64,000 nt of DNA from Mobula hypostoma (taxonomy: Eukaryota). Made by a program: the position numbers and the translations under genes. This document shows, piece after piece, positions 38,782-50,880 of this stretch (position 1 is its first letter; each line of letters starts with the position of its first letter). The notes under the pieces are model-generated. The model was not told the origin of the DNA. It ran no database searches and saw only the letters and a program-made list of their open reading frames with translations. Location of the stretch: NCBI RefSeq assembly GCF_963921235.1, contig NC_086097.1, positions 170,998,001-171,062,000 on the forward strand, read 5' to 3'.

Positions 38782-39000
38782 TCATCATCATCGGGTGACA
38801 TGCCCAGTTTGAGCTTTGACTGCTATGGTCCACACTCCTGTTTTGGGTCAAGTGGATCAATTCGTTGGTATTCATTTCCAGTTCTCTGGCTGCTGTCTCC
38901 ATCATCATTTGTCTTCCTCTTGCTTTCTTCTCTTCAATCTTTCCCATAATTACCGTGCATTCTAACTCCTCTTTCCTAATCACATGTCCAATGAAGTTAC
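38782..39000 (-). mobile_element. RTE-clade LINE 3' end
   Basis: FIGHVIRKEELECTVIMGKIEEKKARGRQ; (GAT)n tail. Confidence 0.75.
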
Positions 39001-39441
39001 ATATATGGTTGGAGGAGCAACACCTCAGATACCATCTGGGTAGTCTCCAGCCCCTTAGTATGAACATTGAATTCCCTCCCCATCTCAGTTTCACTCTGCC
39101 CCATCCCCCAGCTGCCTATCACCTCCCTCATGGTTCAGCCTCCTCCTACTACCCATTGTGTTTTCCCCTATTCCTTCTTCATCTTTCCCGCCTATCCCCT
39201 CCCCCACCCCTTTATCTTTCCCCTTACTGGTTTTTCACCTGGCACCTACCAGTCTTCTCCTTCCCACCCTCCCCCCACCTTCTTTATAGGGCCTCTGCCC
39301 CTTCCCTCTTCAGTCCTGATGAAGGGTTCCGGCCCAAAATGTTGACTGATCATTTCCACGGCTGCTGCCCGACCTGCTGAATTCCTCCAGCATGTTGTGA
39401 GTGTTGTTTTGACCCCAGCATCTGCAGAGTATTTTGTGTTT
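39001..39441 (+). mobile_element. PLE 3' end (GIY-YIG C-terminus, pLTR and tail)
   Basis: LEEQHLRYHLGSLQPLSMNIEF; cagtcctgatgaagggttccggcccaaaatgttgactg (mutated hammerhead). Confidence 0.85.
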
Positions 39442-39444
39442 AAA

Positions 39445-39953
39445 ATGTACATAATTTTCTGCTGCTGCAGCCCATCCACTTCAAGGTTCAACATGCTATG
39501 TATTCAGCGATGCTCTTCTGCACACCACTGTTGTAATGCGTGGTTATATGGTTACTCTCACTTTCCTCTCAGCTTGAACCAGTCTGGACATTTTGCTCTG
39601 ATCTCTCTCATTAGCAAGGTGTTTTCACCCACAGAACTGGTATTCACTGGATGTCCTTTGTTTTTGCACCATTCTCTGTAAGCTCTAGATTCGTTTGTGT
39701 GTGACAATCCCAAGAGATCAGCAGCTTCTGAGATACTCAAAACACCCCATCTGGCACCAACAATCATTCAGCAGTCAAAGTAACTTAGATCTCTTTTCTT
39801 CCTCATTCTGATGTTTGATCTGAGCAACAAATGAACCTCTTGCCTCGTATTATGTGTTCTTATGCATTGAATTGCTGCCACAATATTAGCTGATTAGATA
39901 TTTGTATTATTGAGCAGATGTAAAGGTGTACCTAATAAGGAGGCCACTAAGTG
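39445..39953 (-). mobile_element. Tc1/mariner transposon relic (N-terminal HTH region and one TIR-like end)
   Basis: MIVGARWGVLSISEAADLLGLSHTNESRAYREWC; end aggtgtacctaataaggaggccactaagt. Confidence 0.8.
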
Positions 39954-42185
39954 GGGAAAAAAAAGGGTTAGGTTATTTAGACCCCTCAGTTAATGGTGTT
40001 GAATTCCCCTGGCTGTCTTTGTCATTCTGGGTGGTACAAGTCACCAGTTTTGGAGATGGTGCTGGAGGAGACTGGCTGAGGAACTACATGATATATTGAA
40101 GGTGCTGTATACTGCAGCCACATTGTGGGGAGTGGACGCTTAAGGTGGTGAATGCAGATTCTCTATCTGGGTTTGTGTCAGTCTTAATGAGTGTTGTTGG
40201 AGCTGCACTCAACTTGGCAAGCAACGTTATGATGATCAAGGAAAAAGCTTTAGTTTAGGGGTATTAATGGTGATACAACATTAGGGAACATTGTCTGTTG
40301 CAAGGGTTGACTTTATCTAACTGAGAAAGCAAATGAGGCTCTAAGTTTTGATACCTTCAAGTTCCAAGTCATTCATATCTCCAACAACCTGATCCAATCC
40401 CTCTGTATGGATGAGGTAATTGTCTGAAAAGATTCGACTTGTCCACTAGGATTCTCTTGAACTTCTGCAGATGTGCTATAGAACAAATCCTGATGGGTCG
40501 CATCACACCTGGTACACAACTACTCTGCTCTAGACCAATGGAACCTAGCGAGTGGCGAACACTGCTCACTAACAGAGCTGGCTTTAGATTTACTCATCAC
40601 ATTTACATTGAAACGTACAATGAAATGTGTCATTTGTGTTCACAACCACCACACCCAAGGATGTGCTGGGGGCAGCCTGCAAATGTCGCCACTTATTCAG
40701 TTGCCAATGCAACATGCCCACAATGCGACACAACAGAAGCATCAACAGCAGCAAAACAAAACAAGACAGTAACTGCAAAACAAGCTCCTTTCTCCCCACC
40801 TCCTCCCCAATACACAAAAAGCTTCCAACATATCAAGGATGCCTGTCACCCTGGCCATTCCTTTTCTCTCTTCTACCTTCTGGGAGAAGATGCAGCAGCT
40901 TGAAAGCCTGGATGAACACACTTAAGAACAGCTTCTTCCCCACTGATATTAGATTCCTGAACCTAATATTTCTTTCTTATCCCCCTTCTCACTTGTACTA
41001 TCACATTCTCAGACTCTTAATTCCATCTCTCTCTCTTATTCCATTATTGTCAGTTTAGCACTTTTTACACTATGGCAGACTGCACCCCAATCTTTGCACC
41101 ATATTGCTGTTTTGTGCTCATCACTGTATTTATTGTTGTATTTATTATTCCCATGTCTACTGCTTAATCTATGAGCTCCACACCAGCAATGAATTTCATT
41201 GCATCCTGGTGTATGTGAAAACAAACTACTCTGAATCTGACCTCAAGGAACCCGGCACTCCCTCTGTATTCCAACGAATGCATTAACTCTGTGTGGGATA
41301 ATGATATTTAACCCTTGACATTTAACTCTCAGCCACAGGCGACACACAGCAGACTGACTGATAGCTACAAACCTTTACATACTGTGTGGTTTATGATTTA
41401 TTTCTTCAGGAAGTCCCTACTGCTAAGGAGAAAGAAATGACAGGCTGTCTTGGGTTACTGTTGATGAAGATTTAAGCCTGCTTGAATTTTCACTAATTCT
41501 TTTTGGCCTGACAGATTAACTCAAGGACTGCATGGGAATGATTGGAAAATTTCCTGCCTGTATAAGGGGGTTCATGTCTTCCATCAACACATAATTATAG
41601 CATAATAAAGTTTTATAGCAGAAGAATTTATGCCAGGATTGAATATTGTTGCCTGATACTAAAAAGAATTATACCATTATTACTGCTATATGCCGCACAG
41701 CCATACGTGCTGCTTCTCACTATCCTTGCCTGTGGAAATATGTCCAGTCCATTTACGGATTTTGCATTTTGCCCTTGTCCTCATTTCCGCCTTGATAATC
41801 TCCACTGCAGACTGCAAGGGAAGAATCATTGCTCTATATATTGTATATATGTCAGGCATTTCCAAAGAGAGCAAAACAGACATTTCACATCACACATTTT
41901 TATATTATACAGTGCCCAATCAGACCCTTCAGCCCTCCATGATGATGCTGACCATCAAGTACCCATCCACACTGATTCCATTCATTTGTTTCCCTACTTG
42001 GTTAAACACTTTAAGGATGTGAGAGTCCCCATTTCCACTACCAGTCCAAGGCAGTGTGTTCCAGATTCCAACCACACTCGCTTTGCATATATTTATTTAG
42101 TCGTTTATTCATCAGTTGGACCAGCATTTATTGCGACTTTAAATTGCTCCCATAAATGCTTTGTTAGTTCAGTTTTGCTGAACTA

Positions 42186-42272
42186 ACACACAGACACACA
42201 CACATGCGGGCACACAGACAGACACAAACACACGGGCACACAGACAGACACACAGTACACTGCCTGCACATA
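42186..42272. repeat. Imperfect (CA)n/(CAGA)n microsatellite
   Basis: Seen directly. Confidence 0.85.
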
Positions 42273-42625
42273 GTTGATAATTGATTTATTACTGTTGTAT
42301 GAAAAATTTTGTTTTGCATGCCTTCTATACAGATGATTTCATACATAAGGTTATTGAGGTAGGACAAAAGGGAAAACAGTAACAGAATGCAGAATATAGT
42401 GTAACGGTTACAGAGGAAGTGCACTGCAGGTAGACAATAAGACACAATGGTGAGGTAGGTAAAGGGATTAAGAGTCCGTCTTTATCATAGAGCAGTTCCA
42501 TTCAAGAGACTTAGAACAGCGCAATAGAAGCTGTTCTTGAGTCTGGCTACACTTACTCCCAAGCTGCCTGACAGAAGAGAGGAAAAGGGAGAGTATCTAG
42601 AGTGCGATAGGTCCTTGATTATGTT

Positions 42626-42946
42626 CATAAACACAAGAGATTCTGCAGATGTTGGAAATACAGAGCAACAAACATAAAGTGCTGGAGGAACTCAGCAGGT
42701 CAGGTAGCATCTATGGAAAGGCATAAATAGTTGATTTGGGCTGAAAGCCTTCATCAGGACTGAAATGAAAGGAGGAAGAAACCAGAATAAGAAGGTGGGG
42801 GAGGGCAAGAATAAGGAGTACAAGCTGACAGTTGATAGGTGAAACTTGGAGGGGGGGTGCAGATAGGTGGGTGGGAGAGGGAGAATGAAGTGAGAATCTG
42901 GGAACTGATAGGTAGAAGAAGTAAATGGCTGAAGAAGAAGTGATCC
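42626..42946 (-). mobile_element. PLE pLTR-only insertion with TSD
   Basis: ccttgattatgtt (42613-42625) versus ctttgattatgtt (42947-42959); degenerate hammerhead at ~42730-42763. Confidence 0.85.
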
Positions 42947-43984
42947 CTTTGATTATGTTGCCTGCTTTGTTTTTGAAGCAGTGGATTATCTGTTCAGGTG
43001 TCTCGGCCTTAGGTATGAGTTCAGAAACAAAATTAGCATGACATTTCCTCGTTGGGATAATTTGCCCCCTCCAACCTTTGCAGCCTGTTGAAGGACACAC
43101 TTTGCTTTTCTCTGCAGTGATCAACATTATGATCGAGAATTTTCCAAAGATGAATATATTCGTGTTGGAAAAGATACACGGACCATTTCCTTAACAGTTT
43201 GTAATCAAAGTACTACATTCTATTTAGAAGAATGTTTATTTCAAGCATTACACGTGTAATGAAAAACTTAAATTGTTAAACAAGCAAGCGAGAATTGGTC
43301 GCACAACTTCAAACATCTGGAGCAGGGTTTTGAGACAGCTGTAAACACTGTGGGTCATAATTCTTCTTTGCACCCATTAGTGAAAATGGCTTCTGCTGTG
43401 ACTGGACTCTGTAATTTGGTCATTAACTTTCGAGCAGTTTCCTTTTGCTTTACGTGTTTCACTGGATGCTAATGGCCATCTGGTACTTGTTAAATGGTCT
43501 GTTCTTTGTTAAATAAATGAAATTAGCAAAGGTACCTGTGTGATCAACTGAGAGAGCGAGAGACAGGTAGCGTGAGATTGCAGCTTTCCTAGTATTGAAA
43601 GGGGCTGCTTTAGTCCAAGGGGTTTCAATGGAGCTGAATTTGTTAGGTGATTTCAGGAAAGTTTTTTGGGACAACATGTACATAGTCCTACAAAAGACCT
43701 AAGTGCAGGGTGAGGAAGTCAAAAAGGCTCAGGGCATTCCCAGTAACTGGATCTTCACTGAGGATTGATGAACAATGGGACAGTGGGATTCAAGCTAACA
43801 GTTACCTGAAAGTGGGAGCAAAGTAGAGGGGGAGCTGACGAAGGCAAATGGTAGGCTAGGTAGGCTGTAGAAGAGATTTTTAGATTTAGATTTATTTATA
43901 ACATGCAGATTGAAACATACTGTACAGTGAAATGGGTCACTTACATTAACAAGCACAGCATCGAAGGATTTGCTGGGGGCTGCC

Positions 43985-44375
43985 CACTGGAAATGGGAAA
44001 GGGAGAGGGAGCGGAAAGGGGGAAGATGGAGTGGCAAAGTGGGTGAAGGGAGTGGCAGTGGGGAGAACAGAGAGCAGCAAGTGGGGTGGGGATGGGAGAA
44101 GGAGTGGGAAGGGAGAGAGACTGGATAGGCTAAATTTGAAGTGAAGGATGATGAGGGACGACCTGATGGGGTATATCAAATGATAAGAGTGAAGTCCAAA
44201 TCTTTTTACTGTGATAGGGATATCAAAATAGAGAAGTGAGGAAACAGAGGGAAAAAGAGAGGGAGGTAGGGAGAGATGAAAGGAGAGAGAAAAAGGGAAA
44301 GGTAGGTTGAGATGAAGAGGGAAAGAGAAGTGGAAGGAGACAGAGAGAAGTAGGTAGAGAGAGAGGGGGATGTAA
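43985..44375. repeat. Purine-rich low-complexity tract with an embedded CR1 remnant
   Basis: Strong G/A bias on the plus strand with many GGG runs. Confidence 0.8.
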
Positions 44376-45135
44376 ACTGATAAATTCGTAAATTGGTTTA
44401 TTATTATCACGTGTACTGAGGAACAATGAAAGGCTTTGTTTTGCATGGCATCAATACAGAACATTTCATTACATCAGTGCATTACGGTCATAGAATTAAG
44501 ATTTAAAAGTTAGCGGACAATATTTACAGAAATAATGAGTAGATTTGCAGAGAGCAGTTTGGCCAGAAGTATAAGAGAGAGAGAGAGACGGTAATCACTT
44601 GTGAGAAAAAGATCTGGAAACTATTATTAAAGAATCTGGAACAAAGCAAGGTTGCATCATCTGACTAGCTTCTCCATCATCGCAACGATGTTGTAGTGTG
44701 GAAAGTTTCTGAGGAACCTCTTTGAATGAAAGCCACGTAATCAGAATCAAGTTTATTATCATGGACATTTTTTGTGAAATGATTTGTTTTGAGGCAGCAG
44801 TACAGCGCAAGACATCAAAATTCACATAAGTTCCAACATCAGCAAACAGACAGGGAGATAGATAAATAGCGCAAAAGAGTATGTAATAGTGAAATAGTGT
44901 CCACGGTCCATGGACTGTTCAGAAATCTGATGGCGGAAGGGAAGAAGCTTTCGGTTTAAGATGGCACTGGTGAAGCATAGTGACTACTCTGCTGGTAGCA
45001 AACAAAATAAACAAAACTACTAGCTACTACATTAACGCAAACATAAGGAAATCTGCAGATGCTGGAATTTCAAGCAACACACATCAAAGTTGCTGGTGAA
45101 CGCAGCAGGCCAGGCAGCATCTCTAGGAAGAGGTA

Positions 45136-45173
45136 CAGTCGACGTTTTGGGCCAAGACTCTTCGTCAGGACTA
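45136..45173 (-). ncRNA. Hammerhead motif with G12-to-A substitution (predicted inactive)
   Basis: Minus strand tagtc-CTGACGA-agagtcttggccc-AAAAC-GTC-gactg. Confidence 0.65.
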
Positions 45174-45459
45174 ACTGAAAGAAGAGGTAGTAAGAGATTT
45201 GAAAGTGGGAGGGGGAGGGGGAGATCTGAAATGATAGGAGAAGACAGGAGGGGGAGGGATGGAGCCAAGAGCTGGACAGGTGATTGGCAAAAGGGGTATG
45301 AGAGGATCATGGGACGGGAGGCCGAGGGAGAAGGAAAAGGGGGGGGGGGAGCCCAGAGGATGGGCAAGGGGTATAGTCAGAGGGACAGAGGGAGAAGAAG
45401 GAGAAAGAGAAAAAGAATGTGTGTATATAAATAAACAGATGGGGTACAAGGGGGAGGTG

Positions 45460-45954
45460 CTTTCTGCAGGGATCACTCCCTACATAACTCCCTTGTCCAT
45501 TCGTTCCCCCCCATCCCTCCCCACCGACCTCCCTCCTGGCACTTATCCGTGTAAGCTGAACAAGTGCTACACATGCCCTTACAGTTCCTCCCTCACCACC
45601 ATTCAGGGCCCCAGACAGTCCTTCCAGGAGAGGCGACACTTCACCTGTGAGTCAGCTGGGGTGATATACCGCGTCCAGTGCTCCCGATGTGGCCTTCTAT
45701 ATATTGGCGAGACACAACACAGACTGGGAGATTGTTTCGCTGAACACCTACGCTCTGTCCGCCAGAGAAAGCAGGATCTCCCAGTGGCCACACATTTTAA
45801 TTCCATGTCCCATTCCCATTCTGATATGTCTATCCACGGCCTCCTCTACTGTAAAGATGAAGCCATACTCAGGTTGGAGGAACAACACCTTATATTCCAT
45901 CTGGGTAGCCTCCAAACTGATGGCATGAACATTGACTTCTCTAACTTCTGCTAA
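45460..45954 (+). pseudogene. PLE GIY-YIG endonuclease domain (open frame, 5'-truncated, no RT)
   Basis: GTYPCKLNKCYTCP..FTCESAGVIYRVQCSRCGLLYIGETQHRLGDCFAEH..VATHF..RLEEQHLIFHLGSLQTDGMN. Confidence 0.9.
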
Positions 45955-46247
45955 TGCCCCACCTCCCCCTCATACCCCATCCGTTATTTACTTATATACA
46001 CACATTCTTTTTCTCTCTCTCCTTTTTCTCCCTCTGACTATACGCCTTGCCCATCCTCTGGTTCCCCCCCCCTTTCCTTTCTCCCTAGGCCTCCCGTCCC
46101 ATGATCCTCTCGTATCCCTTTTGCCAATCAACTGTCCAGCTCTTCGCTCCATCCCTCCCCCTCCTGTCTTCTCCTATCTTCTCCTATCTTTTTGGATCTC
46201 CCCCTCCAACTCCCACTTTCAAATCTCTTACTAACTTTTCCTTCAGT

Positions 46248-46285
46248 TAGTCCTGACGAAGAGTCTCGGCCTGAAACGTCGACTG
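46248..46285 (+). ncRNA. Minimal type I hammerhead ribozyme motif (intact core)
   Basis: tagtc-CTGACGA(46253-46259)-agagtctcggcct-GAAAC(46273-46277)-GTC(46278-46280)-gactg; 5-bp stem I including one G-U pair. Confidence 0.75.
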
Positions 46286-49282
46286 TACCTCTTCCTAGCG
46301 ATGCTGCCTGGCCTGCTGCGTTCACCGGCAACTTTTATATGAGCTACTTCATTAATCACACTTTTTCTGGTAAACAGTCACTGCAATCAATAGCCTGTAA
46401 CTTCCCTTTCGGAGTTGAGCTTTTGAACTCTCTGTGTGGCCCGGCATTTTTGCTGAAGTCTTGAAGGTGCAGGACGGGACGAATTGAAATGGTGGGATCT
46501 GGGCCTGAGAGTGGGGAACAAGCCAATGTTTGTTTGTCGTTGGAGCGGACGAAGGCAATTCAATATGACAGAACTGAGGGAAGCAGAGTCAAGGTGGTGG
46601 GGCCCAGACCCAGGCCTGAGAGTGAGGAAACACCCGAGGTTTGACCGATTTAAGTACCAGGCTGAATTGGAATGATTGGATATGGGCCAAATTAAGGTGT
46701 TGAGGCCCAGGCCCGAGTCTGAGAGCAAGGAACAACCAGAGACTTGAATGGTTTAAGCGCCAGGCCAGATTGAAATGTTCAGGGAGTCAGGGTCATAAGC
46801 AAGGGATAGGTCAGTTCAGCTCCCTGCCCCGCAAAGTTTACTCATCTCTGCACTGAACTGAACCTGTGGCCTGCAACTAATGGGCTTCTGGACTGGCTGC
46901 AGTGATGACTGGCTTCCTGGCTGTGGACTCACTTTCATGAACTTCAGCTCTGAATGTTAGTTGCTTACTTTCTTTGTACTTCTGCAAGTTGGGAGTTTGA
47001 TGGTCTTTTTTTATGGGTTCCATTGAGTTTCTTTGTTTTGTGGCTGCCTATAAGGAGGTGAATCTAGTATACATACTTTGATAATAAATGTACTTTGTAC
47101 TTTGTACTCCTAAATTGTTCAGTGTGGGTCTTTAAGCTCCTGATGGTAGTAATGAGAAGAAGTTAAATCCCGGATGGTGAGGGTCCTCAATAGTGGATGC
47201 TGTCCTGTAAGTTTTTACTTAATTTAATAAATAAGCCCCATGACAGACCAACTCTGGATCTCCAACTTTCAGTCCTTGGCTCTGACGCTGGACTCGCAGA
47301 CTCATAGACATCAGGCCTGCAACCAGTGGACTCACCAGTCTTTGAGTATTGACCACAGGACTTGCTGATCACGGGCCTCCGAACCCTGGACCCCCTAACC
47401 ACTGGATTTCGACCTCAGGACACACCAATTACTGGTGGAAACTGGAGCATCAGGGGAGACTTGCACAGTGACAGAAAAAAACCTGGATTCTCTACAAATC
47501 TGCAGCACCAGAGTTTAGGAATGAACCCATGTGACTAGAGCTGTGAGACAACGAGATTTAAACCTGTGCCTCTGTCTTCAACAGAATCTTCAAAGCAAGT
47601 ATATTCTTGCCTAGCGTAATCAAAAGAATTGAAGATGCTGCATAAAAACAGAGTAACTTAAACAATAAAAACAGAAACATTTGATGGTGTCTATTAGTGA
47701 AATATTAACTCTGTGTCCCTTTCCACAGATACTGTTGAGTTTCCAGCATTTCCTGGTTTTTATTTCATATTCCTGTGTGAAATGAAGCAGCACGTTGAGC
47801 TCTCATCAATGAGTTGTGTTGTGACAATAAGACTTCTGTACCCTTATTTCTTTATTGGTTAAGAAGGATGTTTTTCAGGAAGGAAATAAATACTTTGCTG
47901 GTAAGAGCTGCTTGGAATTATGCAGAGGGTTTGAAGGGTATTATTTTCTTGCTTTACATTATGATGGTTTCCTCCTTCAAACTGTTTATGATGGCATTAC
48001 TTAAGATGCAGCAATAAATATGGGGAGGATGTTGGTGGGTGGGAGATGTCTTGGTGGGAGTTGGAGACTTCATCATCAGATCAATGTGTTGTTGATATAA
48101 GTGAATGCAAATGCTGACCTGAATCAGGCTGCTTAACCTTGTAATCCTTCTCAACAAAGTTATTCTAAAGAGCTTGGAAAAACAGGCTGTAATATTTTGC
48201 CACCTTAAGCTCCTTAGAATATGTGATCAAAATTTCATAGTCTATTTTCATATCATTGTGTAAGCAATGTGAGTTCATGGCATAATCAGCAGGGAAAGTG
48301 GAGTATTTATCTGGATGAATCATCCTATCCAGATGCACCACGGTTTAGTTTGGTAACTGCCCCGTCCAGGACCGCAAGGCACTGCAGGGAGTTGTGGACA
48401 CAGCTCTGCCCCATCCTGTCTCGAGATTCAGGATGCAAGATTCAAGTCTATCTGTCACATGTACCTCAAACCTACAGTGAAATGCATCATTTGCGTAAGC
48501 AACCGGTGCATTCCAGCGCCAAAATAGCATACCCACAATATTCGGCAGAACAACACAGAACATAAAAAAAAAAGCAAACAACAATAGCAAAAACAAGCCC
48601 CATTCTTTGCTCCCACCTATGGACATACACAGTCCTTTAATACCAGGACATGCCTCCAGCTTCACCCTCAGGCCTGCAGACACTGGGCTTTAAATTCCCC
48701 AGTAGACTCAGAGATTTGCAGACTTGGGCTCCAGCCAACAAATAATAATGCTACCATTAAGTACCCATCTACAGTATACTAATCCCATTTACCACCACTT
48801 GGTTCACAATCTTCTATGCCTTAGCAATTCTGGTGCTTGTTCAGATACTTTGTAAGTGTTGTGAGTACAGTTAATCCTTTCTAATCCAGACAGTGTCCTG
48901 GTGAAACACTTTTGCACCCTGATTAAAGCCTCCACATCCTTTCTGTAATGCACAGAACATGTGGCTGGAGTAGTTGAATTTCAGGCCAATGGTGACACCC
49001 AGGTTATTGATAGAGGAGGATATTTCATTGGAAGATATCATTAGACCAGTTTTGGCAGGTATTACAAATAGAAGACAGCCTAATGAAAGTGATCTTGTTT
49101 TATTTTTGAAGAGATTGGATTCCAACAGATTTACTCTGCAACCCTGACATCTCTGGTGCTCACTTCAGGGCATTGAAGTGATTGACAGCCTTTGTTGAAA
49201 GGTGATGACCTGCTCTGTCATGGCAATGATTGAAGATTTCCCCTTCCAAGGGGGGGGGGTGAGGTTTTCTACTTGCGATCTT

Positions 49283-49580
49283 AGTTATTTATTTTCTTTA
49301 TTTTTAGATGCAGTACAGAACTGGTCCTTAAAGCCTTCAACCTGCGCTGCCAGCAACCCCCAATTTAACCATAGCCTAATCATGGAACAATTTACAATGA
49401 CAAATAAATCAACTAACTGGTACATTTTTGGACTCTGGGAAGAAATCCTGAGCACCCAGAGAAAACCTGCATATTTAAAGGGGAGGACTACAGACTCCTT
49501 ACGGTAAATGCTGGGATTGAACTCTGAACCCTGATGCCTGAGCTGTAATAGTGTGACGCTAACTGCTCCACTACCGTGCT
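49283..49580 (-). mobile_element. V-SINE-like element, nearly complete
   Basis: Minus strand: gcacggtagtggagcagttagcg (A box-like), gagttcaatcc (B box-like), V-domain gggtgctcaggatttcttcccagagtccaaaaatgt, A-rich end. Confidence 0.75.
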
Positions 49581-49629
49581 GTCTATTAGTGCTGTGACAA
49601 CTTCTCCCTCTTCTACTTTTCTGAGAAGG

Positions 49630-49838
49630 TTGTAGCAATAAAACGAGCTGCTGGAGGAACTCATTGGGTCTTGCTGCAAATGTAGAAGGAATTGGACAAT
49701 GCTTCTGGTCAAGGCCTTTCATCAGAACTGGAAAGTGGAGATGGGGAGAGCCGGATGCTGACTGACTTACTTATTTCCTCAAGCAGCTCACTTGGTTTTG
49801 CTCCATACTTCCAGCATCTGCAGTCCCGCATGTCTCCA
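49630..49838. mobile_element. Old PLE fold-back insertion
   Basis: gagctgctggaggaa versus ttcctcaagcagctc; minus-strand CTGATGA...GAAGC; tail ccagcatctgcagtc. Confidence 0.65.
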
Positions 49839-50574
49839 TTGCAGCAAGGTTGCCCCCATAATGAGTGCACTTTTTCTGTTCATCCTTCCCAAACACAACA
49901 GCGACTGAAAGAAGTACATTAACGTACTTGGCTTCTAAAACCGGAGGGCGTAAGGCTTATGTAAGAGATTTTTCATTCTGAGAGTGACTATTCTCTGGAA
50001 TGTACTACTAGAGTGGGTGCTGGCTGGTGAGATAAATGCTGGAGTGCTACAGACCTAATGCTGATACACATGATTAGTATAGATGGGGACTTGATAGGTG
50101 GCATAGACATGATGGGTTGAATAGTCTGTTTCTGTCCTGGATGACTCTTTTCCTTGAACTCTTACTGAAAATAGCATTGAATCCAGAGTCCCTTACTTTA
50201 TGAGTTGGTCATCCCCAAATTAAACTAAATTTAGTAATTCACAAGTGCAGAGTGCTGGGAGGAGGCAGCGAATGTCAGAGGGGAGGTTTGTTGGTCATGG
50301 CAGGTATATCTGGTCACTGTAACACGTGCTAAATAAACAGAGCAATGGAGCATGGGCATGGTCCAGTGAGTCCTTGCTGACCATATTTCTCACCCCTTCA
50401 GTCACAACTTCCATATCCCTCTAAATCCCACCCCTGCATGCACCTATCTAAGTACGTCTTAAATGATATTATTATACCTGCCTCAACCAATTCCTCTGGC
50501 AGCTCACGGCATTTGCTTGTCACTCTCAGTACGAAGAAGTTGCCACTCAGCTCCCTTGAAAATCTTGCCCTCTC

Positions 50575-50880
50575 AACTAGTAATCCAGATGGTAAGATTA
50601 AGAATCCAGAGTCATCAATTCAAACCCCACAGTAACAAGAGTAGAATCTAAATTCTATAATTTTATAAACTTGGAATAAATAATTCATATCGGTAATGTA
50701 TCTGAGAAATGACTAGATTTTAATAAAAACCCATCGGGGTCAATGACATCCTTCAGGGAAGGAAATCTGCCAACCTTAACTTCTATATAAATCTACTTCA
50801 TTGTGGTTGACTGAACTGCCTTCTGAAATGGAAGAGCAAACGACTCAGTTCTTGAGGCAGTTTGGATGGTCAATAAATTG
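50575..50880 (+). mobile_element. Ancient tRNA-derived SINE (family not determined)
   Basis: actagtaatccag...aaaaacccatc...ccttcagggaaggaaatctgcc...gtggttgact...caataaat resembles a shark/ray SINE pattern (recognition only). Confidence 0.5.

Larger units (their letters stand above)
45036..46341. mobile_element. Young Penelope-like insertion: inverted pLTRs around a GIY-YIG coding segment
   Basis: Arms 45036-45459 and 45960-46341; TSD agctactacattaa (45022-45035) and agctacttcattaa (46342-46355). Confidence 0.95.
44952..47108 (+). mobile_element. Non-autonomous LINE-tailed element, split by a PLE
   Basis: Starts near aagatggc (44958); degenerate ~90-110-bp internal repeats at 46480-46800; tail ttgataataaatgtactttgtactttgtact; interrupts a minus-strand Rex1-type 3' fragment. 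Confidence 0.6.

Noticed and set aside
43946..44464. 172-aa Leu/Ser/Pro/Phe-rich ORF resembling a membrane protein
   Set aside because: Translation of a polypyrimidine low-complexity strand.
46480..46800. Spaced repeats as a CRISPR-like array
   Set aside because: Highly degenerate units inside a eukaryotic retro-repeat; no constant repeat/spacer pattern and no cas genes.
49500..49580. tRNA gene
   Set aside because: SINE head with A/B-box-like motifs running into a V-domain; no complete cloverleaf.
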